DNA of 64,000 bases, from positions 19,300,819 to 19,364,818 of the forward strand of contig MU054323.1 of NCBI GenBank assembly GCA_013239625.1. The letters are read 5' to 3'. The notes below the pieces were generated by a model. That model saw nothing but the letters and a program-made list of their open reading frames with translations. It ran no database searches and was not told the origin of the DNA. Made by a program: the position numbers and the translations under genes. This stretch comes from Lama guanicoe (lineage: Eukaryota). Shown piece after piece: positions 14,035 to 24,647 of the stretch; position 1 is the first letter of the stretch; every line of letters begins with the position of its first letter.

Positions 14035-14087
14035 CCCTGGGGTGGCTCTGCCCTTCACCCAGGTGTCCCTGGGGTGGCTCTGCCCTT
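14035..14087. repeat. 21-bp perfect direct repeat, period 32
   Basis: ccctggggtggctctgccctt at 14035-14055 and 14067-14087. Confidence 0.95.
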
Positions 14088-14404
14088 TAGGCCTTGAAGG
14101 CCAAGTCTGTGATACTAGGTTCTACCTTTGTTCTTACTCCTCTTCCTGTAAAATTCTCCCCTTCTAACATTTTCCTGTCTTTTCTAGACTCACAGATACA
14201 CAAGATCTGCAATGACGTCAGCCACACTACAGAAGATGCCCCTGGTTTTCTTGGGCTGGTTTTTAGTTTAATTATGGCTTTAATGCAGTAATCGCTGCTT
14301 GTCTCCTCCCTGCATTCTGATATTGATTCCATGGGATTTGTAAATGGATTTCTCAAAGGAAATTCATTTTAATGACCTGAAAAACATTTAAGGAGATTCA
14401 AACC

Positions 14405-14910
14405 AGTATCTATCAAAATTAAGATGACGTATCATCTTCTCCGGAAATTTCACTTCTAGGAAATTATCCTTGAAATATTTCAGCACATGTGTGAAGTGAT
14501 ATAACACAAAGACACCCACTGAAGCTTCAGTTTCAATAAGGAAAGAAAATGCAGCAATCTAATTGCTGACCAGCAGTGGGCAGGTGAAATAAGTATGGTT
14601 CGACCACAAAGTAAAATCTGGCACAGCCATTAAAACAATGAAGCGGTATTATTTGTACTGATATAAAACAGTATCTAAGATATTTTAAATAAACTCAACA
14701 TTGAGTATATACCTATATTTTCAGAGAATGTCTATGGAAGGATACAAATCAAATTGATAACAGTAGTTGTTCCTGGAGAGGAAAACAGGTAGCTAGACAC
14801 AGGGCTGGCTGGGAAGATTTCTCTCACACACATTCTTTATATCTACTGGATATTGTACTGTGTCTATACACTACTTCTTCCAAGACAGTTTATTTTTAAA
14901 TAATTATAAA
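14405..14910 (+). mobile_element. L1ME-type 3' end, degenerate
   Basis: aatttcacttctaggaaattatcct; cagccattaaaacaatga; ataacagtagttgttcctggagagg. Confidence 0.7.
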
Positions 14911-15034
14911 AGAATTATCCCCCTTTGTGTTCTATTAATTTTATTTTTAAAAAATCATACAGTTGGAAAATAAAGTAAACAAACTTTGAAAAGTATATGA
15001 ATAGTCTTACCACAAAGTAAATTTTAATAAAACA

Positions 15035-15115
15035 AGTATCTGGAATTTTGGATTGCAATCTAGACTCAGTTCTTGGCCAAATTTGCTGACAAATTCAATA
15101 GCTCCTCTGCTCCTC

Positions 15116-15159
<44 letters not shown>

Positions 15160-15312
15160 TGTGCACGCACATGCAAGTGCTCACATGTATCAGGGGATAT
15201 ATAAGAAGAAACCTTGTAGAGCTATGATGATTGAATAAAATACTTCATGCCAGGCACCTGATACAGCATAGCTGGGTCAGAGCAAGTGTTCAATAAATTA
15301 TATGACTATTAT
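15035..15312 (+). mobile_element. MIR SINE interrupted by a (GT)n tract
   Basis: MIR-like 3' end agcaagtgttcaataaattatatgactattat; weak 5' half upstream of the microsatellite. Confidence 0.5.
15119..15158. repeat. (GT)20 microsatellite
   Basis: Direct reading. Confidence 0.98.
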
Positions 15313-15765
15313 CGTTCAAAGTCTAGCTCTTCAGAGTTAGAACCACTTAATGTATCAGTCTTGCTAAAGAATGTTCCTAAAGTTATGTAATATAGGTAAG
15401 TCTGGTAGTAAAAATTATACCAGCTTAAAAAACATAGCTATTGGCAGTCTAGCCAGGTGTTCAGTTCACCCGCAAGGCTGCGCTACAAGCTTGATGAACG
15501 GTGTCTGTCGTCCATTGAGCTTTCATACCATAGTCATGTAGAATGCTGTTAATCAGCTCGTTGAATCAGGCTGAACCTTAAATGTCCTATCTTTCAGATT
15601 CACACTGATAATATTGATAATAATTTTTATACTACTTCTAGTAGTGCAGTAACGTACTGTATCGCACTTAGATGTATAGTCTGGAGCAGTTCCTTTTCCC
15701 TACTTATCCTGAGCATTCTTAAAGGAAATTGGAGGCTCAAGAAGGGAGCAGAGGGACTTACTTAC

Positions 15766-15826
15766 CCGTGATCATTGTTAAAAGTGTTGTTTATTTTCCT
15801 CTCCTTGTTTCTGATGATGGTGGCAG
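15766..15826 (-). other. Candidate 61-nt internal exon, possibly carrying a start codon (ATG ATC ACG G)
   Basis: Minus strand actttattcatag|CTGCCACC...ACAATGATCACGG|gtaagt: AG acceptor and consensus donor; unique sequence with retained CpGs nearby. Confidence 0.45.
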
Positions 15827-15874
15827 CTATGAATAAAGTCCAGAGTTTATCTGTGATGCATTTAGTGATCCAAC

Positions 15875-16050
15875 TGGTATCATTTAACACTCATTAGGTC
15901 TAAAAATTGTGCTGGATATATTATGGGGTTATAAATACAAAACCAGCAAGGACTCTGTCCTCAAGGAGCTTATAAAATTCACTACAAAAGATACATTATG
16001 AACATAAATATAATGCAGAATGCATGGCTACAATGAGAGGAAGAAAATAA
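15875..16050 (-). mobile_element. L2 3' fragment
   Basis: tgtgctggata...ctctgtcctcaaggagcttata. Confidence 0.55.
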
Positions 16051-16061
16051 ACTACTCAGAT

Positions 16062-16545
16062 TTCACAGCAGTCCACAATAGCCCAAAGGTGGAAACCACC
16101 CAAATGTCCATCAACAGATGAATAAATCAACAAAGTTCAACACGGTGTGGTACATACATAAACCACAGAACAGTATTCAGCCTTAAAAAGGAGTTCTGAT
16201 ACATGCTACAACATGGATGAGCTGTGAAGACATGTGAAGTGAAATAAGCCAGTCACAAAAGATCAAATATTTTATGATGCACTTATATGAGGCACCTAGA
16301 GCAGTCAAATTCATAGAGACAGAAAATAGAATGGTAATTTCCAGGGGTCGGGGAAGGGGAACATGGAGAGCTCTTGTCTGATGGGTACAGAGTTCAATGT
16401 GGGATGATGAGAAGTTTCCGGGGATGGATGGTGAAGATGACTGTACGACATTGTCAATGTCTTCAATGCCACTGAACTGTAAGCATTAAAATGATTAAAG
16501 TGTTGGATTTTATGCTATGTATATTTTACCACAAGAAAAAAGAAA
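16062..16545 (+). mobile_element. L1MB-type 3' end
   Basis: aatagcccaaaggtggaaaccacccaaatgtccatcaacagatgaat...gccactgaactgt...tgtatattttaccacaagaaaaaa. Confidence 0.92.
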
Positions 16546-16933
16546 ACAGAACATACAGGCAGTTTGATACAAATTTAAACGTTGGTATAGTCAAGACATT
16601 TTCTAGAAAAAGAGGGATAATCCTGACCTTAACCCAGGTGCTTTGCATCCTGAGTCATCCAAAAATGCACAGAAAAAGACTAACTGTATCTGCATGCTAC
16701 AGACTGGAACTCTTCAATTTTAAAAGGATGAAAGTGGTGTGATAATAAAACTCTACGTCATCTTTGCATGTACATAAAGAAGAGTATCAGAAAGTGATTA
16801 CTAGAAACAAAAAACTTTCAGACTTTCTCATATGATAGAAGTTCTGTTCCAGGGAGACAATTCTCTCTCGACTCCACCAAGTGCATTCATATTGTTTGCT
16901 TCCTGAAATGTCCTAAGTGCAGTAAGTCTTTAC

Positions 16934-17030
16934 CTTAACTCTTTTAACAAGCTTTTATATTTGAAAGCTCTGTTCTTCACGTCAAATGATACAACGAATC
17001 TAGTCATTTCCTTCAACGCTACGTGTGAAC
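16934..17030 (-). other. Candidate first exon; 5' boundary approximate
   Basis: Minus strand ...GAGTTAAG|gtaaag donor at 16933; ATG at 17007 is open to the donor; lies just downstream of a TATA-like element and an ETS palindrome. Confidence 0.3.
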
Positions 17031-17130
17031 TTAATCATTGGTGCCTTTTAAATATAACTTGAATAGAACATTTGACTCGCTCAGGGAACTGCGCTTCCGG
17101 AAGGGAGCACTGTCTTTCCTTAAGTTAGTC
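16975..17130. promoter_or_regulatory. Candidate (possibly bidirectional) promoter
   Basis: Seven CpGs in about 125 bp; perfect palindrome CTTCCGGAAG (ETS core on both strands) at 17094-17103; minus-strand TATATTTAAAA at 17056-17046; CRE-like cacgtca near 16978-16984. Confidence 0.45.
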
Positions 17131-17499
17131 ACAGGGTATTTTTAGTTGTTTGAAAGCTGGTACTGTTTCCAGTGAAGTGAATGAAGTTTGGTAAATGGCA
17201 GGCTATTGGTTTCTCACTCTGGATGCCCTGGCTATTTGTACATGAGGCAGTGAATCATCCTGCTTAAAAAAGCTAACAGTGTATTTATGCTTAGGAATAC
17301 ATCTAAGATTCTGCTTATATACTGACAGTCTTGTGTTGATGGTTTTAAAGCCTATTATTATCCTGCCAGAGTAGCTGATGCTGGAGAGTCCTTTTGGTTT
17401 GAGAAAGAGACTTTAAAAAAAAATACTAACTTCTCTTAGCAGTATTTAGTACAACCTGTGAGAGACTGTCAGAATTTCTGATCCATTTCTAACTGCCAG

Positions 17500-17646
17500 G
17501 AATATAATGGTGTCCCTTGAAATTGAATCCAGAATGCTCAACATGCTGGTGAAATTTATCAGTGCAACAATTATTTAAGAAGACTTTTATGATGTATGGA
17601 GCTCTGACAATATGCTCTTAGAGATGGTACATCACTCCATGTCCAG
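17500..17646 (+). ncRNA. Candidate 147-nt non-coding exon
   Basis: tttctgatccatttctaactgccag|G acceptor and CAG|gtaagc donor; stops in all three frames. Confidence 0.3.
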
Positions 17647-17842
17647 GTAAGCATAAGAATGTTTCTTCCTTTAGAAGCTCAAAAAACCTTATGTTTAAGG
17701 GTATTATTAAGTAACTATAGACATATGCAAATTAAAATATATTTACCATTCTTTCTGCTACCATTTCCCTTTCCCACTATCTCCCCTGGATTATGCAAAT
17801 TAAATTTACTTTTGGAATATAGTTAATATCGTAAAATGCATA

Positions 17843-18181
17843 AAGTAAGCCCCCTCCTTATCCATGGCAAATATGTTCCAAGACCCCCAGCAGGTGCCTG
17901 AAACCGTGGACGGTAGTAAACCCTATATACGCCATGCTTTTTCCTATACTAACAGGCAGGAGGGATACAACACAAATACGCCAGACAAAGGGATGGTTCA
18001 CATCCCACATGGGATGGAATGGGGCAGTGCAAGACTTCATCATGCTACTCAGAATGGCAAGCAATTTAAAGCCTGCTAATTGTCTATTTCTGGTATTTTC
18101 CATTCAATACGTTCACACTGCAGCTGATTACAGGTAACTGAAACTGGGCAAGGAGAAGCTGTGGATAGGGAGGGACTACTC
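17843..18181 (-). mobile_element. MER44A-like (TcMar-Tigger) full-length MITE
   Basis: TIRs agtaagccccctccttatccatgg / ctgtggatagggagggactact, TA on both flanks, 339 bp, internal gacaaagggatggttcacatcc. Confidence 0.9.
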
Positions 18182-18976
18182 TATTGTGTATGTAAGACTT
18201 TCTACCTGAAAAGAGAAAAAAACAGGTCATATGTTCCTACAGCCCTGAGGACACAAACAATGCTGACAGTCAACAACACTTCCTTGAATTTGTCTCTGGG
18301 TTTATTAGACACGCCTCCTGATTTATGATCATGGGCAATGAGTGAAGTTAAAATAAAGTATCCAGAGATGTATTTCCATATATCTCTGACAACTAAACTC
18401 AATTACAATGTATGACTATAAGGAGGGATTCAAACAAGATCTTCTTTCTATCAAATGAGATGATCTATGAATCTATGCATACTGTGCATTCATCACGAAA
18501 AGAAACAACTTAATATACTGAGGGTGGAAGAGGCATTCAGCAATTTTATATGTATTTAAGTGTGTTCAAATCCAGTCCTAGAAATAGCCTTATACAGCAT
18601 TCACTAGCAGAACAATAATTCATAGTTTAGGAGGACAATTTTCTGCAGTGAGTTATTAGCTTCTGCATATTATATTCATATATTGCCTTAGTGACATATT
18701 CCACTTCATTCCCTTAAGTGATATCAAGAGGTTATCATACTAAAAGAGCTATCCTGACTGTGTTTATTTATTCAATTAGCCACATTTCCTCGCCATTTTT
18801 ACATGTATCCTTAAAAATTCCTTGCAACTTGCCTTACTCTGATTGTCACCAAATGTCTTCAGCTATTACTCCAGAAAAACCATTAAAGATGATCATATTA
18901 TAATTCATAGACTGAATAAAAATGTATCCCAATTGTGTGAATAAAATTCATCACTTGTCTTTCTGTTTGTTTCCAG

Positions 18977-19050
18977 GAAGAGTCTCCTTGACTGAAGAAT
19001 ACTTGGGTATCTTAGGAACGTGAGCTGGCTGGCAGAAACAGAAAATGCAG
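18977..19050 (+). other. Candidate 74-nt exon ending ATG CAG
   Basis: Strong acceptor cttgtctttctgtttgtttccag|G and donor CAG|gtaggt. Confidence 0.45.
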
Positions 19051-19127
19051 GTAGGTTTGATTTCTCTCAGGACATTAGAAAACCTCTCTTCAACGAAGGA
19101 GAATAAAGCTATAAAGATTCTTCACAG

Positions 19128-19143
19128 GGAACCCTGATGATGA
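19128..19143 (+). other. Candidate 16-nt micro-exon
   Basis: ttcttcacag|GGAACCCTGATGATGA|gtaagg. Confidence 0.35.
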
Positions 19144-19293
19144 GTAAGGACATGAGCCACTTTTCATGGCAGTTAATGATTTGGGTAGACATGAAAAAGA
19201 AGACTGTACTGGTCTCTTGCTCCTGTGATTCAAACAAACAAACAAAAAAACACAACACAGCAGCGAAGCATGTTGTTTATCTGAATTTTACAG

Positions 19294-19317
19294 GGAACCC
19301 TGAAGATGTTTTCCAAA
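19294..19317 (+). other. Candidate 24-nt micro-exon, paralogous to 19128-19143
   Basis: ctgaattttacag|GGAACCCTGAAGATGTTTTCCAAA|gtaagt. Confidence 0.4.
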
Positions 19318-19518
19318 GTAAGTAGGTTAATCAGTGTTGCAAACCCAATCATCAGTCCTATTCTTTAATTTTGTTTCCTGGTTCACCTTCCTTATACAGT
19401 AGCTATATGTAGCCCAGAATGGTTGGTTGATTTACATATATACACGTATATAATGTATTTTTACAGTAATCACACAGTATCTGCACGAAAAGATTGAATT
19501 GACTCACATGGAAAACTA

Positions 19519-19645
19519 GGGGAAAGGTATAGCTCAAGTGGTGGAGCACAGACTTAGCATGCACAACGTCCTGGGTTCAATTCCCAGTACCTTCTCTAAA
19601 AATAAATATATAAATAAACCTAATTACCTACTCCGCAAAAAAGAA
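19519..19645 (+). mobile_element. tRNA-Ala-derived camelid SINE (vic-1 type)
   Basis: Head ggtatagctcaagtggtggagcacagacttagcatgcacaacgtcctgggttcaattcccagtacct resembles tRNA-Ala(AGC); AT-rich tail; flanking repeat acatg(g/a)aaaacta at 19506-19518 and 19659-19671. Confidence 0.9.
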
Positions 19646-21639
19646 AGTGAGCTGATATACATGAAAAACTAATGGGATCCTGTGACATCCTCACCCTCTG
19701 TCATTAATCTAGAACACTGCATAATGAACATTATTATCACAGCTATGCAATATACAAGGATTAATCATGACCAAATAAATGACAGGATCCCCTTCAGCAT
19801 ACTGTTATTTGTAACTGTCCATGACAATAGTTACAATAAACTTTGGTAATAATAGTACATACAAAATTTGCAAATGTACTACTGTTTTTAATGAGTAATA
19901 AAGAGAGTCTTCTATGAAGGTGATGAGAATGGTAAACATACCCTTTTTCCCTCTAAACTGTGTTTGCTTAGAAAGGCCAGGTCCAATGGAACCATGTAAG
20001 CCTTCATTTGTTGAAAATAGGAATGTGAACTCTGGCCTCCAAAAACTATGAGACATCAGCAATACATCTAGTAGAATAAACAAATGTAGCAGAAACCCAT
20101 GACAATGAATTTATGTACATATTCCTTTATCTGAAATTCAGGTTTCTTTTTTAAAGGAAGATATGGGGATAATTTTTCCAGATAGAAAAAAATTATGGTA
20201 ATGTCTACCTGCTATCTTAAAGAATCCTGCTAATTTTCATGTTAAGGTCATTATTAATTAAAAATGATGGTAGACTCCAACTAAACTTCTGAATACTCTT
20301 TCAGTCCCTGAGATTGCATGACTCGGGATTTTTTATGCACCACTGCCTGCTTCAGATATTCTTAACACGCCACTCAAGAAAGATAAAAAGCCATAGGTTT
20401 TATATACAATACAGGACTGTCACCATAAAGTACTTCACCTCTTACAGGCTCACTGACTTTGCAAGTCATCTGTGAATGAAAAAATTCTTAACTTTCCCAG
20501 TCATAAAGCTGTGATTATCTCAACTGTTCTGCTATAAAAGAACCAAAATGACCCCATTAAAGGATGGCATGAATAAGAAGCTCAGGGCTTTATACTTTTC
20601 CTTACTGCTTACCTTGGGTTCTAAAACCATTAATTATAGACAGAAAATCAAGTTTTATACAGTGATAAGGTATAAAATAAAATGTATGAGTTTAATTTTT
20701 ACATTTAATCAAAGGAAAATAATATCAAATAATCAATATTTTAAAGTAGGCTATAACTAACTACATAAAAAATGAAGACGAAGAAAGTTCTTAATAAACA
20801 CACTGTAAGGTTAAGCAATCTAGAACATTCACAGTCCTATCTGTAAGCATGCATTTCAATGAGGTAGTCCAATCTGCTCTTTCAATTGGTGTTTGAGTCT
20901 AGATGGCTCCCACTTCTCCCCTACCCCACCTCTGTGTCACAGAAGAAAAATGGGGTACCAGATGAAGTTCTATTATTGTATCATTTCTTGCCTCCAGTCG
21001 CTCTGTTGTCATGACTTTTATTCCTTTTGCTTATTAACCTCACAGAAAAATCCCATAGAATAATTTAAGAAATCTCATTTTTTTAAATTATCAAAATTAT
21101 GAAAATAGACCCATTGGAGTCTCTGGTCATGATGACTTAGTTGTTAGGGACTCTTACGTGATTTAAAGGATCTTAATCAATGAATTGATAATTTACTTTA
21201 TTTTTTACTCTCATTTCTCCTTCTTAGAGGAGAGATATTTCAATGCTCTCCCAATATTTATCAGCCAGCTACTTGGAATGACCAGGATGATTTTTTTCTT
21301 TTAGGAACACAAAAAACAGATCCTTGAAAATTCTAAATTTAAATAGGTGATTTATCTGACCTGATATTACCTGCATTATACTGATGGTGTGTCCATATAC
21401 TACAGAAAACCTCTAGCCATTCTAAAATTAAGGCTCATGAGCCTTTCCAAAATTTGTGGCAAGTCTTCTAGGAGGCACTGACTGCACACACCCAGAAAGC
21501 TTCACCCCCTTTATGACGGCAAGAGAATTTTTAAGAAGCACAGATATATCCACCATGTCGGATATCACTTGTATTTCAAGTCAAATAATACTATCAAAAG
21601 GACTCCATCTGCGGGGGGAAAGAGTTTAGTCTTACTTAT

Positions 21640-22262
21640 CCAGCAATATGATGGACTGAAAATTAAATATATATGAAAACAGATCACCAGGAATAATAGT
21701 CACAAGAAACTACCAACAAGAGATTTAGATTTCCAAAGTATTCAGAGGTTTCAGTTATCAGATATAGAATATAAGATAAAAAAAGATAAGAACAGTTAAA
21801 GGAATAAAATGTAGAATAATAAACAGGCCACTAAAAACACTTGAAATACCAAATATATATATATGAAAAATAGAATTTTAGAACTGAGAAGTATAATTCT
21901 TGAAAAACCTGAATGAATTGGATATATAGCAGATTAGACAGCTCCAGAGGGATTTACAAAACATTGCACTAAACCCGAATTATTACCCAGAATTATCAGA
22001 GGAAATATGAGAGACAGAGGAAAAACTAAGATATAACATATGTTTAATCCTAGTCCCATCAGAAAAAAAACAGAATAAAGGAGAGATGATATTCAAAGAT
22101 ATGATAGCTGACAACTGTCTAGAATTGATAAAAGCTGGATTCACAAATAAAGGAAGTACAATGTATAAGTCAGCTAAAAAGCAGAAACAAAAACCCTACA
22201 CCTAGATACACTGTGATAAAATTATAAATCACCAAAGAAAATGACAATCTTAAAAGATAATA
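21640..22262 (+). mobile_element. Old L1 ORF1-region fragment (L1M/HAL1-like)
   Basis: A-rich; agcagattagacagct, attacccagaat, atattcaaagatatgatagctgacaactgtctagaattgat. Confidence 0.7.
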
Positions 22263-22269
22263 GAGAGTA

Positions 22270-22343
22270 CAGTTGTCCTTAAGTATCCATGGAGAATTGG
22301 TGTCAGAACACCCTCCCGCCGCATGGATATCAAAATCTATGGA
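22270..22343 (+). mobile_element. MER2-like (Tigger) terminal fragment
   Basis: ta|cagttgtccttaagtatccatggagaattggtgtcagaacaccc...ggatatcaaaatctatgga. Confidence 0.7.
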
Positions 22344-22580
22344 GGGATGACCCAGCTCACACAGAGAGCAAATGCACTTTCCCTTCACTTTTTTGTTCTA
22401 TTCAGGCCCTTAACGGATTGAACGATGCCCACCTGCATTGGTGAGAGTGTTCTTCTTCACTCAGTCCACCCATTCAAATGGTCGTCTCTTCTGGAAACAT
22501 CTTTACAAACACGTGCAGAAATGTTTTACCTGGACATCCCTTAGAACAGGGTCAAACTGACACACAAATTAACCATCACA
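22344..22580 (-). mobile_element. MLT2 (ERVL) LTR fragment
   Basis: gatgcccacctgcattggtgag...gtcaaactgacacacaaattaaccatcaca. Confidence 0.85.
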
Positions 22581-23195
22581 AAGTGAAGGCCTGTGATGGC
22601 AAGGCAAGCTTCCACAGCAAGCCTGAATGGGGGCTGGTTAACCATCTCCTGCCCCAGGAGAGAAGTAGTGCTGGGAACTGAACCGCGCCTGTTGACGGCA
22701 ACCAGACAGCCTCCCTCGTGCAGCAGAGGAGACAGACGAGTGTTTGGGTTCAGGCTGGGCTCATCAGTCTTCTCAGTACTGACCTGCAGATAACACTGAA
22801 GGCCCAGAATACCTCGTTCCCCTTGGAGTCTCAGTGTTTACTTTCAAAAATAAATCTAAACCTAGTATCATTAATTATTTCAATCTCATTATCTAGAAGA
22901 ACCATTAGGTCAATTTATCTGTCGTGAGAAGTTTCTTCTCATTGTCAAAGGAAGTTTCTGAAAGGAAAAGCTTTCTTTCAAGACATATGGCTAAACGTGT
23001 GTAGCACAAAAGTGATCCTTCTTCACTGACTGGAGTGGCAAACCAAACAGAATTATCCGACCAAATGATGGATGTTTTCCAGCTCAGGATCAATACCCAG
23101 CATCCATCAGCTCATAGTGGGTGATGTGAACTGACAAATGGTTTACGCTCCTGGAGGAACAAGGATGTGATCACTTACTTTTAAATGTGCATGTG

Positions 23196-24647
23196 TTTAA
23201 AAATATAAAAAAAACAGAACCTGAAGTCCACCCTCTTCTATTTTTAGTGTACAATACAGTACTGTTAAGTATATGCATATTATTTCACAAAGGATCTCCA
23301 GAGCTTTTTCACCTTGCATGACAAACTCTGTACCTGTTGAACAGCACCTCTCCACGTCTGCTCCTTCCCTCCCCGGAGCTCCCGGCAACCACCATCCTAC
23401 TTTCTGCTTTTGCTTGATCAACTTTGCTGCTGCTGAACTCCTCCAGCAAATATTTCAATTTGTGTATTGTATTCTTCAGCTCCAGAATTTCTGTTTTATT
23501 CTGTTTCTATGTTCCATCTCTGTGACATTCTTGTTTTGTTCATGCATTGTATTCCTGAGCTCAGCGATCACCTTTATGATGGCTACTTTATACTTTGTCA
23601 GTTACTCCACATAATCCCTTTCTTTAAGGGTCAGTTTCTGGAGATTTATTTGCTTCCTTTGATTGAGCCATGTTTCCCCATTGTTTGGGGGTTTAGTTGT
23701 GGTGGTGGTTGTTGTTGTTGTTTGTAAGCCTTGTAGCTTTTTGTTGCAATACCTGCATTTGAAAAAATAGCCACCTCTCCTAGTCTTTAAAGACTGACTT
23801 CACACAAGGAAAACCTTCACCAATTAGCTCAGCTAGAGATTCTCATGGGGGCCCTTTCAAATCTTTTCTGGGCTGCATCTTCTCTGGACGTGTGCTTATA
23901 AATTTCAAATGAGAGGGATTTGCTGGTTTTATTTTCAGTAGCTCATCATGTCTTGCTCCCTCTGGTATAAATCTGCAGTACTGCAACTTTCTGGAGCTGC
24001 CACCAGTAGGCCAGGTCTCTTCTGTCCTCAGCAGCCCCCAGACTTCCAGAGTATGACTGATATCATCAGCATTCTGGGTCAGGAGAGACAGACACCAATC
24101 CCTCAAACAGCTCCCCCAAAGTCATCGGACAAAGGCTCCAGCTCTTCCCCTCCCCACGGAGAAGCCAGGAGGTCGATGTTTTCTCCCACTCATGCTGTGC
24201 TTGGCTGGGGGCAGGGAGTATAGCTAGGTAGCCAGGTCTCCCAACCATCACCCTCGTTCTCAGTAGTTCCCAACCTGACACCCTTTCCTGTCTGTCAGCA
24301 CTTAGATTCATGCAAGACAGAAGCCATTCCCCCAGGCAGCGCCCCCCTAAAGAGTGTGAATGTTGAAAGTGTGGTCCAGCTGTCTCTTCCTCTCCCAAGG
24401 GAGAACCAAGGGGCTTGGGATTGCCCCCCGACAGTGCTGCCCTGAGCCAGTGAGAAGAATTATGGGGCGTGAGTGAAGCTGTTTTTGTGCTCACTTGGGG
24501 TGCATGAATCTCTTAACTGTTTTTCGGGATTTCTCACAAAGGAAAGTAGTCTATACAATTTTTTTTTTTTTTTGAGTCAGTGTCTCCCCGGGTCAGCGAA
24601 GGAGGCTCTGGGGCTTCCTATTCCACCATCTTGCTGACGTCACTCCC
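23196..24647 (-). mobile_element. L1MA/MB-age L1: 5'UTR and ORF1 start joined directly to the terminal 3'UTR
   Basis: Right end ctattccaccatcttgctgacgtcactcc is the antisense L1M 5' start; 23410-23690 is ORF1-like; 23196-23410 is a 3' end (cccggcaaccaccatcctactttct). Confidence 0.75.

Noticed and set aside
19519..19595. tRNA-Ala(AGC) gene
   Set aside because: Stem-disrupting substitutions, an AT-rich tail and flanking repeats mark it as a SINE. The copy at 40158 has a similarly altered head and B box (gttaaatc) and sits inside another repeat.
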